Origin: Candidatus Omnitrophota bacterium
Lineage (GTDB): Bacteria; Omnitrophota; Gorgyraeia; JABMRJ01
Length of the DNA: 64,000 nucleotides
Direction: 5' to 3'
Assembly: GCA_016783555.1 (NCBI GenBank)
Contig: JADHWH010000001.1
Coordinates: forward strand, 16,913-80,912
In this document: positions 36,535 to 46,659 of the stretch, piece after piece
Layout of the letters: each line of letters begins with the position of its first letter
Numbering within the stretch: position 1 is the stretch's first letter
Program-made: the position numbers and the translations under genes
Notes under the pieces: generated by a model
What the model was told of the DNA's origin: nothing
The model's input: the letters and a program-made list of their open reading frames with translations, nothing else
Database searches by the model: none

Positions 36535-37683
36535 TCACAACCATATGTTTTCCTCTATTTGGGAACGATAAAACTCGGTCTTTTCGAATTCCCTGATCCG
36601 CAGACACGCATCAATTAAATAGGCCAAAATAACCCGACGTCGTCTTGCGTCAGGAAATCCTCTAAATTTTAATAGTCGCTCATATTCTAAAATTGATTTT
36701 TTATAGTCGCCCATATCCCAGAAAGCCTGTCCCATAAAAAAGATCTCTTCTGTCTTTAAAAACTTATCCTCTATTGCGTCTATATTAACGCTATATTCAC
36801 TTATGGCGTCTTTGTATCTAAAAGAGAGGTGCTTGAATCTCGCCTTTGTATAAGGATCTGTATTATCCAATTTAAAATATAACTCTTGGAACAAAATTAA
36901 GAATCCATCGCCCAAGGTATTATAATATAAATCCATAATCCTTGATAGCGCAAATCTCTTCCTGTCTTGTTTATAATTTACTCTGAAAAACTTAGGCTCA
37001 TATGCGGGTTCGTATAATCTAAGGTATATATCTTCGAAAATATCGAGATCCGCCGACTTCTCTTTTGGAAGCTTGTTCCATTCTATGTATGAGGACTTGA
37101 TCTTTTCAACCCTATTAAGCGCCCCCATCGCCTTTTGGTTTCTCATAGGAGAGAATTCTCCGCCTCTATTTTGCATATCTCTGAAACCGGCCATATTATC
37201 TTCCTTATCGACGAAAACCGAACCTATAAACGGATCGAAAATTCTAAATCTGCCGTCAATATACAGATCGCATACGCTATGATGTGATACCGAGTCATAT
37301 CCATATAAGAATATAAGTCGCCCTTTGATATTAGCTTTTCGCGCTAATGTTATCAATGTATTTGCCATCTGGTCACACGAACCCATCCCTCTGATTAAAT
37401 CATTTAATGGATGTTTATCGATAACGCGAGAACCTACTGGGTGAGGTAATACGTGGGCCTCTACGAAATCCATCAGTATTAATGCCTTTTCTCTATCTCG
37501 CTTCACTCCTTCCGTTAATTTTGATACTATGACCTCATATACTAATTCTCTATGGATATAATCCCGAAAACGGTCGGGGCCTAATAACATAAGAAACGGC
37601 GCAAGGATAAAGATTACAAACAAAACCATAAGCGCTACGCACAAAATTCTGATCTTTTTCTTCAAACCTAGCTCCCCAACCAT
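36535..37683 (-). CDS. Membrane-anchored transglutaminase-like (Cys-His-Asp core) protein with C-terminal helical repeats
   Basis: There is an N-terminal TM helix. GSCDQMANTL...HHSVCDLYIDGRFRIFDP resembles Transglut_core. Confidence 0.45.
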   Translation of the reverse strand: MVGELGLKKKIRILCVALMVLFVIFILAPFLMLLGPDRFRDYIHRELVYEVIVSKLTEGVKRDREKALILMDFVEAHVLPHPVGSRVIDKHPLNDLIRGMGSCDQMANTLITLARKANIKGRLIFLYGYDSVSHHSVCDLYIDGRFRIFDPFIGSVFVDKEDNMAGFRDMQNRGGEFSPMRNQKAMGALNRVEKIKSSYIEWNKLPKEKSADLDIFEDIYLRLYEPAYEPKFFRVNYKQDRKRFALSRIMDLYYNTLGDGFLILFQELYFKLDNTDPYTKARFKHLSFRYKDAISEYSVNIDAIEDKFLKTEEIFFMGQAFWDMGDYKKSILEYERLLKFRGFPDARRRRVILAYLIDACLRIREFEKTEFYRSQIEENIWL

Positions 37684-38462
37684 CTCTTCTTTAATTTTTC
37701 TAACGGCCTATAGACTATTCTTTTGGCTTTATCATATCTGATATTGGTTAATATCTTTAAGCCTCGCCTTATAGATTTTAATAAAACCAAGGCCTTATTA
37801 CCATAATATACTTCTCTATATCGGGATTTATCAATGCCTCGAATATCCTTTTGAATCCCCTCCCATATAGAATCCGGAGTATCCCCGGTCTGTTCGCCAA
37901 CGGCAATCTTCCTTAGCATCAACGCCCGAAACCTATGTTGGGGGTAACCCAAAGAGAAAGAGCGGGTTGCGCTCAATAAGGCGGCCTTCGATGCATAATA
38001 ATCGATATGTGATTTGTGTCCTTCACAGGCCCTACCGGCCAGAATATTAATCACCAGTTTTGGGTTATCTCCCACCGCTAAAAAACTTTTTATACAATAA
38101 ATAGGCGCCATTGCATTGACTTTAAAAACATCGGCTATGCTGGAATCTACGGATTCTTTTATAAAATCTTTTAACCCGGACTGCATAAAAGCCGCATTAT
38201 TTATTAGGACATCCAATCTTCCTAATCTTTGATACGCTAAATTTACAGCCTGCTTGATACTCTCCGGTTCTTTTAAGTCGACATCAACCACAAGGCCTTT
38301 ATCAAGTCCGATGTCAGAAAAAATTTCTGTCTGCGATGTAAAAATAACCGGATAAATATTTTCATCTATCAGGGCATTTTTTACAAAGACCCTGCCTACC
38401 CTGCCTCCTGCGCCTGTTATTATAACTTTTTTTCTGTTAGCGATCTCTATATTAGCGGCCAT
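37668..38462 (-). CDS. Short-chain dehydrogenase/reductase (SDR)
   Basis: VIITGAGGRVG is a Rossmann motif, NNAA is present, and YYASK is the YxxxK motif. Confidence 0.7.
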   Translation of the reverse strand: MAANIEIANRKKVIITGAGGRVGRVFVKNALIDENIYPVIFTSQTEIFSDIGLDKGLVVDVDLKEPESIKQAVNLAYQRLGRLDVLINNAAFMQSGLKDFIKESVDSSIADVFKVNAMAPIYCIKSFLAVGDNPKLVINILAGRACEGHKSHIDYYASKAALLSATRSFSLGYPQHRFRALMLRKIAVGEQTGDTPDSIWEGIQKDIRGIDKSRYREVYYGNKALVLLKSIRRGLKILTNIRYDKAKRIVYRPLEKLKKRWLGS

Positions 38463-38480
38463 CTTATCTCTTTAATCTTT

Positions 38481-39932
38481 TTAAACATCAATAGGAAACG
38501 ATAATCTTTTTTTTAATCTCTTTTTAATCCTGTATTTTTTTACCATTTTTTTCAACTTACTTGCCATACGAGAAATCCTTACCAGGTTTGTATAAAAGCC
38601 CAGATCCCTCAATAATTTCAAGTCTTCGATCTCCAAGCCTTCAACATAAATCAGCGGGGGCTCGCTCTGATTGGATATCGCATCAAAGTATCCGATCGCC
38701 TCTTCGTTAAACGGCTTGAGAATAGGAATCCTGCCCGCCTTTAAGGCATCGTTAAAGAGATTCGATCCCGGATAAAAGTTCGGAAGCCCAAACGCAGAAA
38801 TATCAGCCTTTAACTCCATGGAAAGCTTGATAGTCTCTAATATGTTTCCGAGAGAATCCCCTTTAATCCCAAGAATGTACATCGCCCTGGTCTCTATGCC
38901 TAATGCCTTACATGCCTTAATATCCTCCTTTAGGATATCTACCTGCGGAGGTTTTCCATGCATCTTATTTTTTATACCCATTAAGTTTGCAGACTCGACG
39001 CCAAAGGCGATTCGGGTGCAGCCAGCCTGAGACATAAGCTCTAAATCATCCGGCCGGAGCCTATGTAGGTCTGTTTCGCAATGCCACTCAAATTTGATAG
39101 GCTGCTTTAAAAGCGCCTTACAAAATTCATGTGTCCGCTGGTGTAAAAAGGCGAAATTAGGGTCTCGGAATAAGATCCTTTTAGCGCCAAAATTACTGAC
39201 GACCGTTTTAACCTCATCGACAGCCCTGGTTATTGATTTTACTCTAAATTTTGAACCTTGACTCAAATAGTATGGGCAAAACTTACATGAGACCGGACAC
39301 CCCTTGCTCGTCTGTAGAAAAAACCTTTCTAATTTAGGGTAATCGATTAAGGAATAATCGAGAGGGGGTATCTTTTCGAGATCACTCATAAGCCTTGTTG
39401 GATTGGATATTATATAATCCCCTCCGATCTTTCGGTAAACGCCGGGGGCGTCACAATGACTCTTTTTTTCATATACATCTCCGATCACTGTCTCTATTTC
39501 ACTGACTATTATTAAATCAAATGTCTTACGGTATTTGACATAATCAACAACATAGTCGCTATAAAAACACGGGCCAAATACAGCGTAAATAGTATCAGGC
39601 CATCTTCTTTTCAATTGCTCAACAATCCTTATATCATTATTTAAGGTAGGGAGAGAGGTCCGAATAAGAGCCATTTCAGGCTTCTCATACGTTTTTAGAT
39701 GATTAAAAAAATCATCAAAATCTTTAGTCTTATAAAATTGAGCATCATAAACCTGAATATCATGACCTTCGCTTTTTAAAATAGTCGCGGCCCCAAGCAT
39801 ATCAAGAATAGGTTCTTTATACTTACTCCTATACCATCTTGAGGTTGAACCGCCTCTACGGGTAAATCCAACACCGGCTCCGGCCTCTTTGTAGGGTAAC
39901 CCTTTACCCCAGAAAGGTAGACTCAAAAACAT
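38481..39932 (-). CDS. B12-binding-domain radical SAM protein (class B; likely methyltransferase)
   Basis: The N-terminus is cobalamin-binding-like. CPVSCKFC is the CxxxCxxC cluster. Confidence 0.7.
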   Translation of the reverse strand: MFLSLPFWGKGLPYKEAGAGVGFTRRGGSTSRWYRSKYKEPILDMLGAATILKSEGHDIQVYDAQFYKTKDFDDFFNHLKTYEKPEMALIRTSLPTLNNDIRIVEQLKRRWPDTIYAVFGPCFYSDYVVDYVKYRKTFDLIIVSEIETVIGDVYEKKSHCDAPGVYRKIGGDYIISNPTRLMSDLEKIPPLDYSLIDYPKLERFFLQTSKGCPVSCKFCPYYLSQGSKFRVKSITRAVDEVKTVVSNFGAKRILFRDPNFAFLHQRTHEFCKALLKQPIKFEWHCETDLHRLRPDDLELMSQAGCTRIAFGVESANLMGIKNKMHGKPPQVDILKEDIKACKALGIETRAMYILGIKGDSLGNILETIKLSMELKADISAFGLPNFYPGSNLFNDALKAGRIPILKPFNEEAIGYFDAISNQSEPPLIYVEGLEIEDLKLLRDLGFYTNLVRISRMASKLKKMVKKYRIKKRLKKRLSFPIDV

Positions 39933-40025
39933 TATAGCCTCCGCAGGACAATATCTTATATCACAATTCTTTTATTGTCAACTAGACAGGCACGTAAGGA
40001 TAATTTGCTTGCCCCCCTGAAGATT

Positions 40026-41696
40026 ATGTTGTATTATTTAGACATGGAAGACAAAAAAAAGAGATGCCTACTAACCTGGCCCCCATTTATTACTGCCCAT
40101 AATCTGCCGTTAGGGATACCGTCTCTTGTTAGCTATCTAAAGAATAATGGGATTGATAATACAGAAGTCATTGATTTAAATACGGCTTATTTAAGAAAAA
40201 TAAGGTTTTTCTGGTTCTTATATTTATTAAACAAACGATATCATAACCTTGTGGGGAAGATAAAAAATAAAAATACTAAAGATATAAAAAGGGGGTCTCC
40301 TGGCACGATAAAAAAAGATAACCCATTCTGGAAAAAGAAAATTTTATATTTTTATAGTTATTTAAATAGAAAGATAAACGCACTGCTCAATTATAGAAAA
40401 GTGGGGAATAGAAAAAAAAGATCTATACCGTGGTCGTTGGAATCGATTGTAAAGTTTGATTTTGGAGATAGATATATAAATGAGAGCAAAAAGATATATC
40501 AAATTCTAAATCCCCTCATTAAGAAAGACGCGTTTTCTCTAATAGGCATATCCTGTATTTACCCCCAACAGCTATTCTATGCCTTTATAATTGCGAAAGT
40601 GATAAAGATGAGGATTGACAAAGATGTGCAGATAGTCCTCGGAGGCACGCAAATAACAAAGCATATAGATCACATCATAAATAGCGAAGGGCCTTACGAT
40701 TTTGTCGATTTCTTTATCACCGACGACGGTGAAGAGCCGCTCATCAAGCTATTAAAAGAATTCCCGGAAAAAGATCTTTCAGATATCCCTAATCTATATT
40801 TTAAACCCCGAGGCGAGGCAGAGAGTTATAAAAAATCGAAAGTGACCTTTCGCCTTGCCCCAAAAGACTTCCTAACGCCTGATTTTAGAGGTTTTGATTT
40901 AGATATCCACAGAAATCAGATACCGCTGCTGGCCTCAAAAGGGTGTTTCTGGGCCAAGTGCAATTTCTGCACCTACGCAGGCATGCAAGATTGCACGTAT
41001 TCAATAAGTTCAGCGGAAAAGACGCTTGGAATTATAAAGGAGTTAAAAAAGGTATATGGCGTTTCAAACTATCGTTTTGTCGACGACGCATTACCACCAA
41101 GATTTATGGAGCGATTGGCCCACGCTCTTTCAAAAGATAGACTCAATATAAAATGGGCGAGCAGTATAATATTAAGCAAAGAATTTGCCGATCAGGATTT
41201 TTGCAAGACCCTAAAGAGCTCTGGCCTATCCCAGGTTTCTATAGGGCTCGAATCCATCTCACCTCGTATCTTAATTCTGATGAATAAGTGCCATAAGAAT
41301 TTGAGTGAATCTGAAATTAAAGTGATCCTGGCCAATCTTAAGGGTGCGGGTATAGATGTCGGTCTTCACATCATCTTTGGCTTTCCTACCGAAACAGTTG
41401 ATGAGGCCCGTAAGACGGTTAATTTTTTAATTGAAAATAAGGCCTTATATGACACATGCATGTTTCAGCCTTTCTGCCTGGAGGATGATACCCCCGTATT
41501 TAATAATCCAGAAAAATTTGCGATTACAAAGATTCATATGGGAGATAAAGATTCCGGAGAGAGATTAGGATACCGCTATGAAGTTGCTAGAGGCATGAAT
41601 CAGGAAGAAGCAAAAAAATTCACCTATGGAGAAGCAGCTTATGCCTTTAAAAAAGCGCGGGTGAGCGCAATAAGCTCAGAGGCAAACTTATATTAA
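40026..41696 (+). CDS. B12-binding-domain radical SAM protein (class B)
   Basis: ASKGCFWAKCNFCTY Cys cluster. This is the only plus-strand gene. The start was moved from 39975 to ATG 40026, with 40044 also possible, because a TTGTCA-N-TAATTT promoter-like sequence overlaps 39975-40010. Confidence 0.65.
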   Translation: MLYYLDMEDKKKRCLLTWPPFITAHNLPLGIPSLVSYLKNNGIDNTEVIDLNTAYLRKIRFFWFLYLLNKRYHNLVGKIKNKNTKDIKRGSPGTIKKDNPFWKKKILYFYSYLNRKINALLNYRKVGNRKKRSIPWSLESIVKFDFGDRYINESKKIYQILNPLIKKDAFSLIGISCIYPQQLFYAFIIAKVIKMRIDKDVQIVLGGTQITKHIDHIINSEGPYDFVDFFITDDGEEPLIKLLKEFPEKDLSDIPNLYFKPRGEAESYKKSKVTFRLAPKDFLTPDFRGFDLDIHRNQIPLLASKGCFWAKCNFCTYAGMQDCTYSISSAEKTLGIIKELKKVYGVSNYRFVDDALPPRFMERLAHALSKDRLNIKWASSIILSKEFADQDFCKTLKSSGLSQVSIGLESISPRILILMNKCHKNLSESEIKVILANLKGAGIDVGLHIIFGFPTETVDEARKTVNFLIENKALYDTCMFQPFCLEDDTPVFNNPEKFAITKIHMGDKDSGERLGYRYEVARGMNQEEAKKFTYGEAAYAFKKARVSAISSEANLY

Positions 41697-41730
41697 CCGA
41701 ACGGGAGACTCTTTCTACATGTGGAATAAG
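41687..41730. repeat. 44-bp repeat, copy 1 of 2 (second copy at 52291-52334, 38/44 identical)
   Basis: CTTATATTAACCGAACGGGAGACTCTTTCTACATGTGGAATAAG overlaps the stop of the plus-strand rSAM gene. It is followed by the tandem 12-mer GAATAAGGGGTC x2 at 41724-41747. Confidence 0.7.
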
Positions 41731-41906
41731 GGGTCGAATAAGGGGTCAGGTCTCCACTCTACACTTTTTATCTTAGAAAGCGAATATTTGACAAAATATT
41801 TGTCAAGTGTCGACTTTTGGCCTTTTGACCTTTCTTGACTTACAGTGGGAACCTTCGAGTCGTCTTCGCCGATAATGAACTCTCTGCCCATATTATTTTC
41901 CAATCT

Positions 41907-43916
41907 TTAAATAACAGCTTTATTGAAGAATCTATCTATCTCATCAGCATTAACAGTATGCCTACACTTGGGTATAGAATTCATAAATGACCTTCCGTAG
42001 TATCTTGTTCTAATACGTGGATCAAGAATTGCTACTACACCTCTATCTTTTTTAGTCCTTATTAACCTGCCGAATCCTTGTTTAAACATCATTATGGCCT
42101 GCGGTACTTGATATTCTATAAAGGGATTTTTGCCCTTTTGTTGTATAAGCTCCATTCTGGCCTCTGTTATTGGGTCATCCGGAACAGAAAAAGGCAGCTT
42201 CGTTATAATTACGCATTCTAAAGGCTTACCCGGCACATCTATCCCTTGCCAGAATGTACTGGTGCCTAATAAAACAGAGTTCTGGTCGTTTTTAAACTCT
42301 TCGAGCAGTATATAACGAGGCTTCTCTCCTTGCCGTAATAAGTTTATCTCTTGGTAAGCCGCGGATAGCTCTTGATATACAGCATTTAACATATGATAGC
42401 TTGTAAAGAGGATGAATATTCTCCCTTTCATGATATCTATTATTCTTTTTATCTCCTCCAGTGATTTTTGCCTAAATAGTTCGAATTCATCATTTGGGTC
42501 CTTTATTGCCCTGGGAAAATAAAGCAGGACGTTTTCCTTGTAGTTGAAAGAAGATCCCGCACGTAATTGGCGCGCGCCTTTTATTCCGAGGCGCCCTTTT
42601 ATAAAGTCGAAGCTATTATTTATAGAAAGGGTTGCCGAAGTAAGTATAATAGGCTTTACCTTGCTAAATAACTGCTTATCCAACTCTTCGGCAATCTCTA
42701 TGGGGGATGCGAAAAGAGAGTATTTTACACCCCTTTTTCTTGCGGATACCTCTATCCAATAGACATAATCGTTTCTCTCTTGCTTTAAGATAAAATCAAG
42801 CGAGCTAGACAGAGAGTTACAATTTTTAAGGAAGCTTTTTATTAAGGTTTCGTCTTCTTTATTATCTACATAATCCAATAGCTCGGCCAAAGAGCTTCTA
42901 AGCCTCTTTAATGGTTCTTCTAAGTAATTAAAGGTAATGTTTTTTGTCCTTATCCTTTTTGATGCGCTCTCCTGGCCGAAGATGTCACCGATTTCATGAA
43001 AGAATCTATCAGAAGTATACCGTGCCTCAACTAAATTCTTCTCTATCTCTTTACCTGCCTTAGCGCTTAAAATTTTAAATTTAATCAGCAACCCCTTTTT
43101 TGTATTCGGATTATATATAGAATCGAAAAAGTATTTGATTTTAGTATTGCTCGCTTCAAGGCCGAGATAGCTAGTGGCCGCATCTTCAAGTGTTTGGGCC
43201 TCGTCAAAAACTACCGCATCAAAATCCGGAAGGACCTGCCCGCCTGAGGCAAGGTTTGTAAAGAATAAGGCGTGATTCGTTACTAATATATGTGACTTCT
43301 TCTCTTTTTTCTTTGCTTCCCTATAAAAACAGTCATCTCTATAGAGACATTTCTTGCCTAAACATAAATCAGGCTCCCTACATACATTACTCCATACTTC
43401 ATTCTTGGGAATAAAGTTTAAGTCTGACTTAATGCCTGTATCGGTTTCCTTCGACCATTCTGCTATTCTTCTTAACTCCTCAAGGTGCATATCCTTATCA
43501 AAAAGCTCATATGTATATTCATTATTAAGTCTTCTTTTACACAAGTAGTTTTCAGAACCAAGGCACAACGCATAATTAAAGTCTACCTTTAAGGATTCCC
43601 TTAAAAAAGGTATATCTTTTAAATAAAGCTGATGTTGAAGAGTTTTTGTATTGGTCGAAACGATTACTTTTTTATCATTTTCGGTTGTGTATATTATAAA
43701 GGGTATTAGATAGGCCAGGCTCTTTCCTACCCCGGTGCCTGCCTCTATTATAAGATGCTTATTATCTTCGATCGCCCCCCCTATCGTTTTTGCCATCTGA
43801 AGTTGTTCAGACCTCAATTCATAACTTTGCAGCCTCCGGGAAATAATACCAGCCTCTCCTAATATCTCAACAGTTTTATCCTGAATAGCTAAAACGGTCT
43901 TATCTTGAATTTCCAT
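41907..43916 (-). CDS. DinG/Rad3-family ATP-dependent DNA helicase (Fe-S)
   Basis: GTGVGKSLAY is a Walker A motif. VFDEAQTLED is a DEAH-like box. There is a 4-Cys cluster (CLGSENYLC...C...C). Confidence 0.75.
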   Translation of the reverse strand: MEIQDKTVLAIQDKTVEILGEAGIISRRLQSYELRSEQLQMAKTIGGAIEDNKHLIIEAGTGVGKSLAYLIPFIIYTTENDKKVIVSTNTKTLQHQLYLKDIPFLRESLKVDFNYALCLGSENYLCKRRLNNEYTYELFDKDMHLEELRRIAEWSKETDTGIKSDLNFIPKNEVWSNVCREPDLCLGKKCLYRDDCFYREAKKKEKKSHILVTNHALFFTNLASGGQVLPDFDAVVFDEAQTLEDAATSYLGLEASNTKIKYFFDSIYNPNTKKGLLIKFKILSAKAGKEIEKNLVEARYTSDRFFHEIGDIFGQESASKRIRTKNITFNYLEEPLKRLRSSLAELLDYVDNKEDETLIKSFLKNCNSLSSSLDFILKQERNDYVYWIEVSARKRGVKYSLFASPIEIAEELDKQLFSKVKPIILTSATLSINNSFDFIKGRLGIKGARQLRAGSSFNYKENVLLYFPRAIKDPNDEFELFRQKSLEEIKRIIDIMKGRIFILFTSYHMLNAVYQELSAAYQEINLLRQGEKPRYILLEEFKNDQNSVLLGTSTFWQGIDVPGKPLECVIITKLPFSVPDDPITEARMELIQQKGKNPFIEYQVPQAIMMFKQGFGRLIRTKKDRGVVAILDPRIRTRYYGRSFMNSIPKCRHTVNADEIDRFFNKAVI

Positions 43917-43942
43917 TCACGTCTTCCCGTGCATTTTTTCTA

Positions 43943-44989
43943 TCAGTCATTTTGAGTTTTTTTAAAATGCTCAAACATATGCTTACGGGCGCTGTCAATC
44001 ACACGAAGCTTTGTTGCCATGCTTACTTTTATGCCTAGCCGTTCGCTAAACGGTTTGAGATAAAGAATGAACTCATCCTTTCTTACCGCTATCTTTTCAG
44101 GAATGGTCTTATGTTCCTCAAATATCTTAAACAATTCTTCAAAAAACTCCGTCCTGAAATTGTCATGGTTAGAGACATGCGCATTAAGAATAAAATACGA
44201 GTACCTGTCCGCGAATAGGAGGGCTACCGGAAAATAGGGCCTTTTACTCTTCTCTGCGATATACATGGGAGCGTAAAAATAGTCTATCTCCCATGTCTCT
44301 TTCTGTCTTGTGCATTCCTTTCTGATATTTTCTAGTCTCTCTTCATCTATGGATTTAACCATTAATACCATCTTACGTAATAGCGGGGCAGGTTTAAGCC
44401 ATGCGTCTTTCCATTCCATATTAACGTCTTGTATCCTTACGTAACGGGTTTCTCCACCTGGCGAAGAAAAGAGATTGGGGTTTTCTTTAAAGCGCCTCAC
44501 TACATCATTAGCCTGTCTTAAGCACACAGTTAAGAATTCCGCCTCATTTGCGGTTAGATACCATGGAAAATACCCCGGCCGGTAGTTCCTGAAAAGCGGC
44601 CAGGCTTTTCTGCCGCTGAACTCTAATCCTAAGTTTTTTATAACATTGAGATCTGGCTTCTTGAGGTATTTTTTATCTTCAAATGTAAGAAGCAAACAAT
44701 TTTTACGATGCAGGGCATCGTCATCTATTGCATCTTCGTCTTCTTGGGAATCTTTAAGATACTCTTCGAGCCCTTCTGTCCCTAAATAGACAGTGAGGCC
44801 GAAAACTTCCCCTGCCTTGCCTAAGACACAGCAATAGCCGATCTCGTTATCCTGCGGGTTACGCACCCCAAATAAATCCGAATCCCGCATCCAACCCCAC
44901 GGCGCCAAGTCTTTAAATTCTACTGCCGCCTCGTACAACGCCTTCCATACCTCAGGCGTGGGAGATTCTTCAATATCTTTTCCTATCAT
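43943..44989 (-). CDS. Hypothetical protein
   Basis: 348-aa ORF with no recognisable motif, located just downstream of the helicase. Confidence 0.4.
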   Translation of the reverse strand: MIGKDIEESPTPEVWKALYEAAVEFKDLAPWGWMRDSDLFGVRNPQDNEIGYCCVLGKAGEVFGLTVYLGTEGLEEYLKDSQEDEDAIDDDALHRKNCLLLTFEDKKYLKKPDLNVIKNLGLEFSGRKAWPLFRNYRPGYFPWYLTANEAEFLTVCLRQANDVVRRFKENPNLFSSPGGETRYVRIQDVNMEWKDAWLKPAPLLRKMVLMVKSIDEERLENIRKECTRQKETWEIDYFYAPMYIAEKSKRPYFPVALLFADRYSYFILNAHVSNHDNFRTEFFEELFKIFEEHKTIPEKIAVRKDEFILYLKPFSERLGIKVSMATKLRVIDSARKHMFEHFKKTQND

Positions 44990-45101
44990 GATTGCACCCT
45001 ACTCTCTCCTTTTTTCTTTCAATAGCTTTTTTATCTTTCTCTCTAATGCTTTCACTATCTGTTCTGCATAGTGTTTCATAGAGCGGATTAGGAGTTGTAG
45101 C

Positions 45102-45371
45102 TCAGGTTATGCCTTCAAAGTACACTTTAGCCGAAGAAAAAGGGCAATCCTTTGCCTCTTTTATTATATTAACCCATACGGGATTTTGCAATATATAATT
45201 TAATCTTGTAAAAAACTCTTCTTCCGTTCTTAATATAGTATCAAAAAAGCGCCTCTGCCAGATAATACTATCTTTTCTTGTTAGATTATTATATACCCTG
45301 CCGAATGAGCTTTTTATGTGCCTTGTTATCTCTGATATCTTATATTTAACCGACTTAGGCTGTATTATCAA
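45102..45371 (-). pseudogene. Truncated RAYT/IS200-like Y1 transposase (C-terminal fragment only)
   Basis: WQRRFFDT...YILQNPV matches the C-terminal (Y-motif) half of the full-length copy at 51455..52150. The HuH N-terminal half is absent. Confidence 0.55.
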
Positions 45372-45449
45372 GTGTAAATGCGAGAGGCATAATAAAGCAA
45401 CGGAAGAGACTCTATTTTAGGACAACTTTATAATAACCGAGTACGTACA

Positions 45450-45668
45450 TTAAAAAAGCTGCTGCTTTGATGTTTTTTTAGGCGGGATAAGAGAAATGAA
45501 CAACTTGTCTTTATCTATGTTTTGTTTCTCGAGCTTCTCTGAAAGCTCTTGACGTGTCTTGGCATGTGCAAAGATTTTTTCCTTTGACCATGCGATATAT
45601 TCTCCCCCGTATTTATCTCGAAACTTTAAAAGAGTACTGAATCTTTCATGATCAAAATAGACGCCCAT
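45450..45668 (-). CDS. Small hypothetical protein
   Basis: 72-aa ORF downstream of the toxin-antitoxin pair. Confidence 0.3.
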   Translation of the reverse strand: MGVYFDHERFSTLLKFRDKYGGEYIAWSKEKIFAHAKTRQELSEKLEKQNIDKDKLFISLIPPKKTSKQQLF

Positions 45669-45670
45669 AC

Positions 45671-46003
45671 CTACTCCTGAGGGACTAAATCCACCATAAG
45701 CCTCGCTCTTAGCGCTTTAGCCAACCTTGTCAAGGTATGTATAGTTATTTGCGCATTTGCTGAATCTTCAAGCCTTGATATGTTCTGCTGAGTTGTCCCA
45801 ATCTTTCTCGCAAGCTCACCCTGGCTTAAGTGCCTTAGTTTTCTAAGCTGAATAATCTTATATGCGATCTTAAGCTTTAAGACTTCTTCGTCATAGGCCT
45901 TCCTGAATTCAGGGCTTCTTTTGTACTCTTCTTCTACATGCTGGCTGATGGATTCAGGAACTATTGTTTTTCTCTTTCTCTCTTTTTTTCTCATTTCCAT
46001 CAT
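45671..46003 (-). CDS. XRE-family HTH antitoxin (HigA-like)
   Basis: LRKLRHLSQGELARKIGTTQQNISRLE is an HTH_XRE motif. Confidence 0.7.
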   Translation of the reverse strand: MMEMRKKERKRKTIVPESISQHVEEEYKRSPEFRKAYDEEVLKLKIAYKIIQLRKLRHLSQGELARKIGTTQQNISRLEDSANAQITIHTLTRLAKALRARLMVDLVPQE

Positions 46004-46009
46004 CTCCTT

Positions 46010-46387
46010 CTATCTTAAGTTAATACGTCCTTCGTTAAACCTTATCTGGAAATCAATCATTCTTTTACGCGCCATTAGTTTATCGTTCTCAGGAATTTTA
46101 TCTCTCTTTTTCTGTAAACCATGCAATAAGACGATATAGTTTTTAAACATGTATGCGTAAATAACTCTTACATTATTCCACGCAAATGCAACCCTAAGTT
46201 CATACAGGTCCTTGTCAATTTTATCTACCAAGGGGCGTCTTGCTTCATGCCAATGCGTTTCTAAGAATTCAACCCTGGCTAAAATCTTCGCTTTTGTCTT
46301 TTCGTCGAATTTAGTTATGAATTCTTTTACAGGCTTCTTGCCTCTAATATCTTCATAGTATATTGCTTTCTTATGTGTCATATCCAT
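46010..46387 (-). CDS. RelE/ParE-superfamily toxin (HigB / Gp49-like)
   Basis: The sequence is Gp49/DUF891-like (...VRVIYAYMFKNYIVLLHGLQKK...). It lies upstream of the HTH partner, giving a toxin-first HigBA arrangement. Confidence 0.65.
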   Translation of the reverse strand: MDMTHKKAIYYEDIRGKKPVKEFITKFDEKTKAKILARVEFLETHWHEARRPLVDKIDKDLYELRVAFAWNNVRVIYAYMFKNYIVLLHGLQKKRDKIPENDKLMARKRMIDFQIRFNEGRINLR

Positions 46388-46392
46388 AATAA

Positions 46393-46450
46393 AGTATACA
46401 CTATTTTTTGTGTATTGTCAACCACTTATTACACTATCTTTAGTGTATAT
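46393..46450 (-). promoter_or_regulatory. Promoter with palindromic operator for the toxin-antitoxin pair
   Basis: On the minus strand the sequence reads TTGACA-17nt-TATACT, ending 5 nt before the toxin ATG. Inverted repeats TATACACTAT (46395-46404) and TAGTGTATAT (46441-46450) bracket it. A TACACTAT half-site lies at 46430-46437. Confidence 0.6.
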
Positions 46451-46659
46451 ATTGACCCCTCCTATTGAATTTTCCATAACACTGTACCGTATATGGGATT
46501 ATAACTTGCCTCTTGCCCCCTATTCTAAAATTAATTTTAGAGATTCTCTCAATCCTTCATCGCGTTCTACAACTATTATCTTATTCTTAATTCTATTTAA
46601 GTATTATAAGGCCTTCTGTTTCTAATATCTTTTTAATGGTTTTTAACAAATTCATTTTA

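Noticed and set aside
39975-40025. ATG at 39975 as start of the plus-strand rSAM
   Set aside because: A TTGTCA...TAATTT promoter-like sequence lies within these codons, and the encoded MSTRQARKDNLLAPLKI segment has no family support. An internal ATG at 40026 or 40044 is preferred, though this is unproven.
41715-41903. 62-aa ORF between the rSAM and the helicase
   Set aside because: It overlaps the 44-bp repeat, the tandem 12-mers and a convergent-terminator region. It has no motif and no SD.
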